A stretch of 64,000 nt of DNA from Candidatus Poribacteria bacterium. GTDB taxonomy: Bacteria > Poribacteria > WGA-4E > PCPOR2b. Positions within the stretch are counted from its first letter, which is position 1, and the number at the start of each line of letters is the position of its first letter. Where the stretch lies: contig OZ220744.1 in NCBI GenBank assembly GCA_965116925.1, forward strand, positions 3,040,001-3,104,000, given 5' to 3'. Below, piece by piece: positions 40,882 to 50,120 of this stretch. The position numbers and the translations under genes are program-made. Under the pieces are notes generated by a model. That model saw only the letters and a program-made list of their open reading frames with translations. It ran no database searches and was not told the origin of the DNA.

Positions 40882-41101
40882 ATAGCTGTTACGCAGTTAA
40901 AGTGTAACAGGGTTGAATCAAATAGGGACGTATCACCACTCTGATAATCGAAACTTTCGCTTCATATCAGCGCGATCCCGACGAAAAGCGGTGTCGATCC
41001 AAGCGTAGAAACACTCGTAACGTGGACTCATACCTTCTATAAATAACCTATTTTCTCGCCAAGTGCATAACTCCTATAAAATGCAATACTCTCTAATTAT
41101 G

Positions 41102-41130
41102 TTGACAAGACTGACGAAACACGCTACACT
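41102..41130 (+). promoter_or_regulatory. Sigma70-type promoter TTGACA-N17-TACACT
   Basis: Near-consensus hexamers upstream of 41209. Confidence 0.6.
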
Positions 41131-41208
41131 TTGAACGAGTCAGATTCAATCAAAAAACGGCGGTAATTTATCACGTTTTACGTATCACGTGACAAGGAGG
41201 TTTATACC

Positions 41209-43056
41209 ATGAGTATTTCACCACGCACCTCTCAAGAAACACCGGCAGGTTCAATTAACTTTGAAGATCTCCCGACTGTAGATGTTGTGGAGGAAACCGA
41301 TCTGGTCTATCACCAACTCTGCCCCGCCGACACCTTTGGAGACGGCGATGGGAAACCTTTTCATGTAGATGGCACACACCTCGCTGTCTTTAAGTATCAG
41401 GATAAATTTTATGCGGTTGATAACCGGTGTCCGCACATGGGCTATCCGATGTCCGAAGGCAGTGTCCGAGATGGTGTGTTGATTTGCCACTGGCACCATT
41501 GGGAATTCGACCTCAAATCGGGCGGCTGCTTCCTTGAATTTGGGGACGATCTAAAGGCGTTTCCTGTTACGATACGCGATGATGGGTATCTGTACGTTGG
41601 GCTTACCCGCGGAGAGCGAGCCGCAGCGAAACGCCGCGTCATCGATCGCGGCAAGCGCGCGCTTGAACGAGGCCTCAAAGATCGGAGCTCCTTCTTCATT
41701 GCGAAGGCAGTCACAGCCCTCACCGATGCAGAGGCGACACCCCAAGAGATTATTCAGCAGGGACTTCACTACGGTGCTCACAAAAGCAGCGAGGGTTGGT
41801 CGTCCGGCGTAGCGATTCTTACGCTCGCAGCCAATTTGTGGGACGAAGTTGCCCCGAAAGATCACAACCTGTTTCTCGTGCATGGGCTTGTGCAGATCAG
41901 CCGTCGAACATCGGGGAGTTCGCGTCCATACCGTGCACCCTTTCCACAGATGGCAGAGGAGCACGACCTCACAACCCTCAAGCGATGGTTCCGTTATTTT
42001 ATTGATAAACGGGACAGGGGTGCTGCGGAGCGCATTCTGCTCACCCTAAATGACCGCGGATACGACAAATCGGTCATAGCGGATTTCGTGTTCACCGCCG
42101 CCACTGACTTCTACTTCACCGGCGATGGTCACGCCCTCGACTTTGCGAACAAGATGTTTGAGGCACTAGATTACATTGAATGGGACGGGGCACACGAAAT
42201 CTTGCGTCCCATTGTTGTTGACTTGGTCAGCCGGACGCGCCATGAGGAGACATCTCGGTGGGCGGACAGTGTACCGGTGTTGGAGCCGATCTTCGATCGT
42301 CTAGATGAAATCTGGCAGGAGAACCAAGCCAACGAGGCAGAACTCGATATTTCCGAGTTCACCCAAACGATGCTTGGCGACGATTTTGTGCCGATTGTTG
42401 CAGAGATTGAGGTGAAGCTTCGCGCCGGCGTGAAGCCTACCGACATCTGTCGAGCCATGACCTACGCTTCAGCGATTCGGACCGCCCGTTTCCATCTCAA
42501 GAATGAGGGGGATTGGCACGATGTAGCAAACATCTACTCCTACGCACACGCGCTCTACTGCACGTTCCACTACGCACCAAGTGCAAACCTTTTGCGAGGA
42601 ATCTTCCACGGTGCCGTGTTCCTGAACTATCTACGCTGGTTGAACATGCCAGCGGCACGTATCCCTCGTCCCGGTCAACGGCTGGATGAAACCTTTGACT
42701 CCGTTGATGAGATGCTGGATCGCTTTCAGGAATTTGCCGACTTCCAGAAGGTCTACGAAGCAGAAATCCTTGTAAACCAATATCTGGAGGAAGGGCACGA
42801 CGTTGACGCGCTCAAGCGCGCATTGGCTCATATTTTACTCCGTGAAGATGCAGAACTTCACATGTTCCAAGTGCTCGAAGTCGCCTTTAGGCACTATGCA
42901 CTCACTGATGATATTGAGGAGAAGCGGATGCACCTCCTCGCCGCGACCCGCTACATCACCGCACAGAAGTTGATGAAGAATATCCTCTGGTCAACCGAGA
43001 ATGCAGAACGTCTAGCACGGGGCGAGTTGCTCAGTGAACGTGAGGATGATAATTAG
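41209..43056 (+). CDS. Rieske [2Fe-2S] fusion protein, paralog of 37707-39476
   Basis: NRCPHMGYP...CHWHH; shared blocks GH.LDF.NK, ARFH.KNE.DW, W.NMPAAR, LLREDAE.H.FQ. Confidence 0.88.
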   Translation: MSISPRTSQETPAGSINFEDLPTVDVVEETDLVYHQLCPADTFGDGDGKPFHVDGTHLAVFKYQDKFYAVDNRCPHMGYPMSEGSVRDGVLICHWHHWEFDLKSGGCFLEFGDDLKAFPVTIRDDGYLYVGLTRGERAAAKRRVIDRGKRALERGLKDRSSFFIAKAVTALTDAEATPQEIIQQGLHYGAHKSSEGWSSGVAILTLAANLWDEVAPKDHNLFLVHGLVQISRRTSGSSRPYRAPFPQMAEEHDLTTLKRWFRYFIDKRDRGAAERILLTLNDRGYDKSVIADFVFTAATDFYFTGDGHALDFANKMFEALDYIEWDGAHEILRPIVVDLVSRTRHEETSRWADSVPVLEPIFDRLDEIWQENQANEAELDISEFTQTMLGDDFVPIVAEIEVKLRAGVKPTDICRAMTYASAIRTARFHLKNEGDWHDVANIYSYAHALYCTFHYAPSANLLRGIFHGAVFLNYLRWLNMPAARIPRPGQRLDETFDSVDEMLDRFQEFADFQKVYEAEILVNQYLEEGHDVDALKRALAHILLREDAELHMFQVLEVAFRHYALTDDIEEKRMHLLAATRYITAQKLMKNILWSTENAERLARGELLSEREDDN

Positions 43057-43074
43057 CGAGCCAAACAAACAACC

Positions 43075-43112
43075 AAAAAAGGGCGCACCCGAACCGGTGC
43101 GCCCTTTTTTTT
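43075..43112 (+). terminator. Rho-independent terminator
   Basis: AAAAAAGGGCGCACC-CGAACC-GGTGCGCCCTTTTTTTT. Confidence 0.85.
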
Positions 43113-43114
43113 AT

Positions 43115-43409
43115 CGCTCATGTTAAGATTTAGTGCAAAGAAACCGAGTTTTTTCTTCAAAACTCGGTTTCTCTTCGTACTTTGCACTTTCTTTTTATAT
43201 GAGCCCTTTTTATTGATTAGGACTTACGCAGTTGATATAAATACCGCCGCTGCCTTCGTGGCACGTCACCTGCTCTTGAAGAAATTGGGGGTTCCTAGTC
43301 TGTAATAGTGGGTACAGGTTGCCTAACCTGTACGGAGCATAATAGTAGGTACAGGTTGCCTAACCTGTACGGGGTGTGCGATGTTTGCCAGCGAAGTGCG
43401 TAACTCCTA
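43115..43409. mobile_element. MITE family B (43115-43205) followed by family C (43218-43409)
   Basis: B ends as at 7952; C ends TAGGACTTACGCA/TGCGTAACTCCTA with two 37-bp tandem hairpin units inside. Confidence 0.75.
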
Positions 43410-43593
43410 CTAACTATCGGTATATCATTTTTATCACAACGGTGTGGCACAGTTTCAACAATCTATTTGCGATCACGGGGTTCCCTCTGAAATCATAGGG
43501 CGTATCACAAACATCTGCAAGGTTATCCTGTCAAAGGGTTTAGCGAAACAATCAGTTGTGCCATAATCCCCTGTTTACGGTTCGAGATAACTG

Positions 43594-43609
43594 TGGCATG
43601 GGAATTGCT
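43594..43609 (+). promoter_or_regulatory. Sigma54 -24/-12 promoter TGGCATGGGAATTGCT
   Basis: GG-N10-GC in TGGCA...TTGCT context. Confidence 0.65.
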
Positions 43610-43637
43610 AACGGTCAATGCTCTAGGTAAATTTCGT

Positions 43638-43890
43638 GGCTTCATGTTAGGAAATCGTCCAACAGGAACCAAGTCTTTCCGAAAAAACTCGGTTCCTGTT
43701 AGTGTTAGGAGTTACACACTTCAGTTTGTAGTAGCGCAATTCATTGCGCGTTCTTCCCTCCCCATGCTTACGGGGGCGGGTGCCCTCAGGGCGCGGGAGG
43801 ACGGGTGATAAATCGCCGAACTACAAAGCTTTGACTGTTCAACTGCGTAAGTCCTAAGTGTGTATTTTGCACGTTCTTTTAAGATGAGCC
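43638..43890 (+). mobile_element. Family B-type MITE (TSD AATTTCGT) containing a family C element at 43706-43856 (flanked by AGTGT repeats)
   Basis: 8-bp and 5-bp direct repeats visible at both junctions of each element. Confidence 0.78.
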
Positions 43891-43973
43891 AATTTCGTTT
43901 GTTGACATACTCCCCGCCCTAAAGGACGAGGATTCTTGTGATTCCCTGTCCGATAGTTTTGGGAATTGCGCTA

Positions 43974-45110
43974 TCAACAAAGTGAGCCATCCGAAGATGG
44001 TCTTACAACTTCTTCTGCGAGGGTAGATGCCCCTACCCGGTAGATATTCATTGCAGCGTTGCGGTCTCTATCGTGTGTCGTGCCACAATCGTTACACCGC
44101 CATGTTCTATCACGGAGGTTCAACGCTTCATTAACAACACCGCAAACCGAGCAGGTTTTACTCGTTGGATACCACTTATCAATGAACACGATCTTGACGC
44201 CTTTTTTCTTAGCGATATACACCAACTTCTTGACGAAATCGGCAAAGCCGAGGTCGCTGACTTGGCGCCCCCAAAGGCTTTTCATACCTTTAAGGTTCAA
44301 ATCCTCAAGCCGTATCTCGTCGTATTCATCAGTGAGTTGGTGTGCAAGCTTCCAGTGGAAATCTGCGCGTTGCCGTTCAATCTTGCGGTGCTTCCGTGCT
44401 AAATTCAATCTTGCCCGTTCACGATTCTTTGACTGCTTCTTTGTTCGTGAATGCGCTCGGGTCGCACGTTTGATAGTATTGAGGCTGCGTTTGAAAAACT
44501 GGGGTGAGTCTATATCATGTCCGTTTGACCCAGTGAGATACCTGGTGAGACCGAAATCAAAGCCCGCGATTTTACCCGTCATAACCCGATTTAAGTACGG
44601 TTCCTCATAGTCCGTTAAAATACAGATATAGATGTCACCGAGAGTGTCCCGTTTAATCGTGCACCGTTTCGGGTTGCCATGCACATCACGGGATTTGAAA
44701 TACTGATAGATCCGTTTGCCTATCTGAATCTTGTTACCGGGCAGGAGTTTCCAACCCGCTTGTTTGAGTGTGAATGATTTATACTTGCGACGCGGTTTGA
44801 AACGGGGACGCCCCCACTTTTGACCGTTCGCACGGGCTTCAAACATCGCGTTATAGCCTTTGTCGATTCGTCCAACTACGTCCTGAATCGCTTGGCTAGG
44901 CAGCTGATTCCAATGGGCAAACTTCGATAGCCGTTTCAGCTTAGAGATATGACGCATCAATCTAAACTTATTGATATATTTGCCATAGATGGCGTGATAG
45001 CGTCGTTGAAGCGAAACACAGTGGTTCCAAACGTGAGCGTGACCATCTATCGTCTGATGCAACTCACGATTCCCGTGATTGGAATACATCTTGAACTTGT
45101 AGGTTTTCAT
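43974..45110 (-). CDS. tnpB: RNA-guided endonuclease TnpB
   Basis: RuvC residues GFDFG, LEDL, DRDRNAA; zinc finger CSVCG...CNDCG; N-terminal YKFKMY HTH region. Confidence 0.95.
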   Translation of the reverse strand: MKTYKFKMYSNHGNRELHQTIDGHAHVWNHCVSLQRRYHAIYGKYINKFRLMRHISKLKRLSKFAHWNQLPSQAIQDVVGRIDKGYNAMFEARANGQKWGRPRFKPRRKYKSFTLKQAGWKLLPGNKIQIGKRIYQYFKSRDVHGNPKRCTIKRDTLGDIYICILTDYEEPYLNRVMTGKIAGFDFGLTRYLTGSNGHDIDSPQFFKRSLNTIKRATRAHSRTKKQSKNRERARLNLARKHRKIERQRADFHWKLAHQLTDEYDEIRLEDLNLKGMKSLWGRQVSDLGFADFVKKLVYIAKKKGVKIVFIDKWYPTSKTCSVCGVVNEALNLRDRTWRCNDCGTTHDRDRNAAMNIYRVGASTLAEEVVRPSSDGSLC

Positions 45111-45205
45111 AGGGGACTAGCTTTCTGGCTTTCATGTCCTATTCCGTAGGAGGTGGGAGGCACCACCGAGCAGTGGTGCGGAATCCTCCCACGAAAGCCG
45201 AGACA

Positions 45206-45234
45206 ATTCTACCATATTTAACCTACAAAATCAA
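45206..45234 (-). promoter_or_regulatory. tnpB promoter TTGATT-N17-TAGAAT with extended TG
   Basis: Near-consensus; predicted start site about 45200. Confidence 0.65.
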
Positions 45235-45417
45235 CACTGTTTGACGAACTAACGGGGTTGGTCCGTGCTGTATCCCCGCCTTAAAAGGCGGGGATACAGT
45301 ACGGAAGATTGGGTAAGGCACCGTTCCGATGCCATATTGAACTAACAGCGTTTGCCCAATTGGCGACTCCAAAACGGCAAGACGCTTCAACCTATTTTCA
45401 AAAAAGGAGTATTTTCC

Positions 45418-47856
45418 ATGAAAACTATCGTGACGTTACTTATTCTTTTCACCCTCTTTTCAGTCTGCACCTATGCCCAAGAATACACGCTACCCGACGG
45501 TGCCAAAGCCCGTTTCGGTAAAGGGAGTGTATCTGACATACAGTATTCGCCAGACGGCACCCTGCTTGCTGTTGGGAGTAGTATCGGTATTTGGCTATAT
45601 GATACCCACACCGGTGCCGGAGGGACTCTGCTCATAGAGCATACGAATTGGGTCGAAAGCGTATCGTTCAGTCCTGATGGAGGCACACTGGCAAGTGCGA
45701 GTCGGGACAACACGGTGCGCTTGTGGGACGTGTCAACACGAAAACTAATACAGACACTTGAGCATACGAATCGGGTCAATGATGTATCGTTCAGTCCTGA
45801 TGGAGGCACACTAGCAAGTGCGAGTTGGGCTGCCGTCAGTCTGTGGGACGTGTCAACAGGAGAACTGATACAGACACTTGAGGGGCGTATGGATTGGGCC
45901 AATGATGTATCGTTCAGTCCTGATGGACGAACACTGGCAAGTGCGAATTCTGCCGTCAGCCTGTGGGACGTGTCAACAGGAGAACTGATACCGAAACTTA
46001 GGCATACGAGTAACGTCCGAAGGGTATCGTTCAGTCCTGATGGACGAACACTAGCAAGTATGAGTGGGGCTGCCGTCAGTCTGTGGGACGTGTCAACAGG
46101 AGAACTGATGCAGACACTTGAACATACGAGTTGGGTCGATGATATATCGTTCAGTCCTGATGGAGGCACACTGGCAAGTGCGAGTAGTGACGGCACGGTG
46201 CACCTGTGGGATGTGTCAACAGGGGAACTGATACAGACACTTGAGGGCGCACAGGGGGGTTGGGTCTTAAGCGTATCGTTCAGTCCCGATGGAGGCACAC
46301 TGGCAAGTGCGAGTAGTGACGGCACGGTGCGCCTGTGGGATGTGTCAACAGGGGAACTGATACAAGCCATTGAGCATACGAGTTGGGTCTTCAGCGTATC
46401 GTTCAGTCCTGATGGACGAACACTGGCAAGTGGGAGTAGGGACAGCACGGTGCGCCTGCGGGACGTGTCAACAGGAGAACTGATACAGACCATTGAGCAT
46501 ACGGATTGGGTCTATGATGTATCGTTCAGTCCTGATGGACGAACACTGGCGAGTGCGAGTAGTGACGGCACGGTGCGCCTGTGGGACGTGTCAACAGGGG
46601 AACTGATACACACACTTGAGCATACGGATTGGGTCTATGATGTATCGTTCAGTCCTGATGGACGAACACTGGCAAGTGGGAGTAGGGACAGCACGGCGCG
46701 CCTGTGGGACGTGTCAACAGGGGAACTGATACACACACTTGAGGACGCGCAGGGAGGGTCGGTCTTAAGCCTATCGTTCAGTCCCGATGGAGGCACATTG
46801 GCAAGTGGTGGAAATGTGGACCGCACGGTTCATCTGTGGGACGTGTCAACAGGGGAACTGATACAGGAACTTGAGGGGGATGGTGAGGCCTTCAGCGTAT
46901 CATTCAGTCCCGATGGCAGGACACTGGCAGTTAGGACTTGGGGCGGCCATGTTCACCTGTGGGACGTGTCAACAGGGGAACTGATACAGACGCTTGAGGA
47001 CGTGTCGAGTGGTTCGGTTGTAAACAACATATCGTTCAGTCCTGATGGAAACACACTGGCAGGTGGGAGTTATGCTGTCCGCCTGTGGGAGGTGTCAACA
47101 GGAGAACTGATACAGACACTTGAGGGGCATACGGGTAGCATCCAAAGCGTATCGTTCAGTCCTGATGGAAACACACTGGCAAGTGCGAGTAGTGACGGCA
47201 TAATACTACTCTGGGATATAGCACCGTTCCTTTCCATCATAATAGTAAATGAGGATGTCAACGGCGATGGCGTGGTGAATATCCTTGACCTTGTTACGGT
47301 TGCCGGCGCGCTTGGACACACCGGGCAAATTGATGCGGATGTCAACGGCGATGGTGTGGTGAATATCCTTGACCTTGTCACGGTTGCCGGCGCGCTTGGC
47401 AGTACAGGCGCAGCCCCTGCGGCGTATCCCCAAGCACTGTCAATGCTTACCGCTGAAGATGTCCAAAGTTGGCTGACCCAAGCGCAGCGTTTGAGCCTTA
47501 CCGACCTACGCTTGCAAAGGGGTATCCGCTTCCTCGAGCAGCTGCTCGCCGCGTTGACCCCCAAAGCGACTATCCTGTTGCCCAACTATCCGAACCCGTT
47601 CAACCCGGAGACGTGGATACCATATCATCTCGCGCACGCCGCCGATGTCAAAGTCACTATTTATGACACAAAAGGTGTGTTGGTGCGTCAGCTAGATTTG
47701 GGCTATCAACCTGCGGGGTATTACGCGGATCGGGCAGAGGCGGCATATTGGGACGGTCGTAACGCCAATGGCGAGTCGGTAGCAAGTGGAATCTATTTCT
47801 ACCAACTCCGTGCGGGTGATTATTCCGCCACGCGGCGGATGGTCATCCTCAAGTAA
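45418..47856 (+). CDS. Exported WD40-repeat protein with dockerin-like repeats and FlgD/T9SS-like C-terminal domain
   Basis: Signal peptide, about 14 'VSFSPDG.TLAS...V.LWDVSTG' repeats, two DVNGDGVVNILDL repeats, LLPNYPNPFNPETWIPY...YWDGRN..GE.VASG.YFY. Confidence 0.92.
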   Translation: MKTIVTLLILFTLFSVCTYAQEYTLPDGAKARFGKGSVSDIQYSPDGTLLAVGSSIGIWLYDTHTGAGGTLLIEHTNWVESVSFSPDGGTLASASRDNTVRLWDVSTRKLIQTLEHTNRVNDVSFSPDGGTLASASWAAVSLWDVSTGELIQTLEGRMDWANDVSFSPDGRTLASANSAVSLWDVSTGELIPKLRHTSNVRRVSFSPDGRTLASMSGAAVSLWDVSTGELMQTLEHTSWVDDISFSPDGGTLASASSDGTVHLWDVSTGELIQTLEGAQGGWVLSVSFSPDGGTLASASSDGTVRLWDVSTGELIQAIEHTSWVFSVSFSPDGRTLASGSRDSTVRLRDVSTGELIQTIEHTDWVYDVSFSPDGRTLASASSDGTVRLWDVSTGELIHTLEHTDWVYDVSFSPDGRTLASGSRDSTARLWDVSTGELIHTLEDAQGGSVLSLSFSPDGGTLASGGNVDRTVHLWDVSTGELIQELEGDGEAFSVSFSPDGRTLAVRTWGGHVHLWDVSTGELIQTLEDVSSGSVVNNISFSPDGNTLAGGSYAVRLWEVSTGELIQTLEGHTGSIQSVSFSPDGNTLASASSDGIILLWDIAPFLSIIIVNEDVNGDGVVNILDLVTVAGALGHTGQIDADVNGDGVVNILDLVTVAGALGSTGAAPAAYPQALSMLTAEDVQSWLTQAQRLSLTDLRLQRGIRFLEQLLAALTPKATILLPNYPNPFNPETWIPYHLAHAADVKVTIYDTKGVLVRQLDLGYQPAGYYADRAEAAYWDGRNANGESVASGIYFYQLRAGDYSATRRMVILK

Positions 47857-47986
47857 GCCCATAAACCGGCAGGAGTGACCGGGTTTTTCTAAACAACTCG
47901 GTCACTGATTATAGGTTGACCACCAATCTATAGTCAATTGTAGGTCGAGATTCACATCTCGACAACAGTATGTAGGGAGAGGATCA

Positions 47987-49441
47987 ATGAAATCAATAGA
48001 ACAATATCTTTGGAAATTGCCAATTGCGTTGATGATATTAGTAACCTGGATTGGCTGCGGCGGGAAGGCGGAAATTACAACATCCTCCTCTCAAAGCAGA
48101 GGAATAATGGTTAGCTCTGATGGCATGCAGCGCACGGACGAAACAGCGATTGATAAAATTGGGAAACATCTCGTAGACGTTGCCCAGCGTGTGAGTCATG
48201 AGAGCACGAAGCAGATGGTCGATCTTGTGTTTGTTATTGATGGGAAGTTGGTAGGGAAGGAGCCGGAAAAAATTCAAAGATGGCTCGCTGACATGACCAG
48301 TGTTTTTGACGAATCAACGATTGACCATCGGGCCGCGTTCATCTGGTTTCAAGGTGATGCCTCACAAATGCGGGGCAAACCGCTAGAGAAAGGGCTCGTC
48401 ATATTTGAAGAAGGTTTTGGCAAATCACCGATGCGATTTAAGGGTGTGGTCGCTAGGCATGGGCTTGACGCGATTATGACCGGGCTTGCAGAGTTGGAGT
48501 TTCGCTTGAATGCTGAAAAGGAATCTAGGGATAATGACGAGTACTTTTGGGAGGGCGAAAAGCACGTTTGGGATGGTGAAAAGCACTTTGTTATCATCAC
48601 AAGTGATCCGTTGAAAACGGACTGGGGAGCCGGACGTGAAGTTGAGCTCGTCGAGAAAATTCTGGAGCGGTGCAGAGAAGATGAGATTCAGATTCACATC
48701 ATCGGAATGAGCGAAGAGATACAGGTACAATTAGCTTACCTGAGCGGTGGCAAATGGTACGAGGCACCCGAAAGGCAACGCAAGGACGAACTGGTGCTAA
48801 CAGACCTGTTTATGCCCTTTATGTCCAAGGTTGATGAGATCTTCAAGCACATCGCTCAACATATCGCTGAGACAGTACAGCAACCCATCGATCTGGTGTT
48901 CCTCTTTGACTCCAGTTTGAGCATGGACAATAAGGTGGAGGATATCTGCACAGGTTTGGATGCCTTGGTCCAAGTTTTCGATGGCGAGGGGTTAGACTAT
49001 CGGTTTGGAGTCATACGGTTCTGGGCAGCGGGAGATAGCGGGAGCTCGGTCTTGACAACGAAACCGCCGCTAAATGCCGAGCAGGTCAAGCAGCTGTTTC
49101 GGAGACCGAGGCGTGGCAATGAACATCTGTTAGATGCAATCATGAGGGGTGTCCCTAAACTCGAAACCCCTAACAACCGGAAGCTAGTGTTGATTATCGT
49201 CACCGATGAACCCGCCAGTAGCGGGCGGGGAACGGGGTATACATATACAGGATCCGTCGAAGTCTGTCGCCATGCCGGTGCACAAGTCAACATTATTGGA
49301 GGTGTCAGACCGTTGGCTTCTCGCAGTGGCATGTTTGTGGACGCAGACCAATTCCAACGTGTTATCATTGAAGCCACAAACGGGACAGGTTACATTATGC
49401 CGGGGGCTGTGCCACACTGGCGGGATCGCTTCAGTCGATAA
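47987..49441 (+). CDS. Putative lipoprotein with tandem VWA-like domains
   Basis: Lipobox WIGC; degenerate DLVFVIDG and intact DLVFLFDSSLSM MIDAS; IVTDEP. Confidence 0.75.
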   Translation: MKSIEQYLWKLPIALMILVTWIGCGGKAEITTSSSQSRGIMVSSDGMQRTDETAIDKIGKHLVDVAQRVSHESTKQMVDLVFVIDGKLVGKEPEKIQRWLADMTSVFDESTIDHRAAFIWFQGDASQMRGKPLEKGLVIFEEGFGKSPMRFKGVVARHGLDAIMTGLAELEFRLNAEKESRDNDEYFWEGEKHVWDGEKHFVIITSDPLKTDWGAGREVELVEKILERCREDEIQIHIIGMSEEIQVQLAYLSGGKWYEAPERQRKDELVLTDLFMPFMSKVDEIFKHIAQHIAETVQQPIDLVFLFDSSLSMDNKVEDICTGLDALVQVFDGEGLDYRFGVIRFWAAGDSGSSVLTTKPPLNAEQVKQLFRRPRRGNEHLLDAIMRGVPKLETPNNRKLVLIIVTDEPASSGRGTGYTYTGSVEVCRHAGAQVNIIGGVRPLASRSGMFVDADQFQRVIIEATNGTGYIMPGAVPHWRDRFSR

Positions 49442-49774
49442 AGCCATCTGCTGATAGCGGGAACATCTCCGGCAATCTGTCAAAACCTCGCCCCAACTTT
49501 CTCTGATGGTTCATGTTAAGCAACTGTGAAACAGAACCTAAGTTTTCAAGAAAAAACTCAGGTTCTGTTTGCAGATGTCACGCGACCAATTGACCACGGT
49601 TATCAATCTCATCGCGCAAACATTTGCGACAGTAGTAGATCGGAAGTGCTTTGCGGTAAACAAAACCCTTCGCTTGTGTGCCACACTTTTCGCAGGTCTG
49701 ATCCTTGATTACGTGGATAGCCTTGGTTACTTTTGATGAAGCAGCCGTTTTCATCTAAGTCTCCTTTCTTTATG

Positions 49775-49995
49775 TATAGTGAATTGAAAAAATAAAGAAA
49801 CACTTGCGCCCCCCCGGTAGGTGCGGTTTGATGAAGTTTAAGTATTTAAATCGGTAATCCCGATTTGCCTCGAAACATACGGTAGGCGCGGGGGAAAACC
49901 GCGCCGGCGTCGATAACAAATTACCGAACTGTTTTTTTAATTTTCATGTAACCGCACCGGTTTGGCGTGTCCCATTAATTCTAAAATCTACTATA
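49775..49995 (+). mobile_element. MITE family A with nested 117-bp element at 49831-49947
   Basis: Near-identical to 9631-9850. Confidence 0.8.
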
Positions 49996-50120
49996 TATGA
50001 ATCATGCTCTTACTGGGTTATAAAGAGATAGGCATTTCACAAAATGCTAACCCTTGTTTTTCTAAATGTGAATTATACCACACAAACGTGAAGTGGTCAA
50101 GTAAAAATATCAACATTTTC

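Larger units (their letters stand above)
43902..45312 (-). mobile_element. tnpB-only IS200/IS605 family element (IS1341-like, non-autonomous)
   Basis: Subterminal hairpins at 45268-45299 and ~43912-43931; minus-strand right end ...TATGTCAA; TTAC just outside the inferred left end; no tnpA. Confidence 0.8.

Noticed and set aside
43303..43372. Two palindromic repeats as a mini-CRISPR
   Set aside because: Only about 4 bp separate the units; this is a tandem hairpin duplication inside a MITE
45471..46493. 340-aa minus-strand repetitive ORF
   Set aside because: Shadow of the WD40 gene; the repeat unit simply lacks a stop in that frame
45635..47220. Regularly spaced DNA repeats resembling a CRISPR array next to a Cas12-related tnpB
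   Set aside because: The repeats are in-frame WD40 units, the intervening sequences are homologous rather than unique spacers, and there are no cas genes
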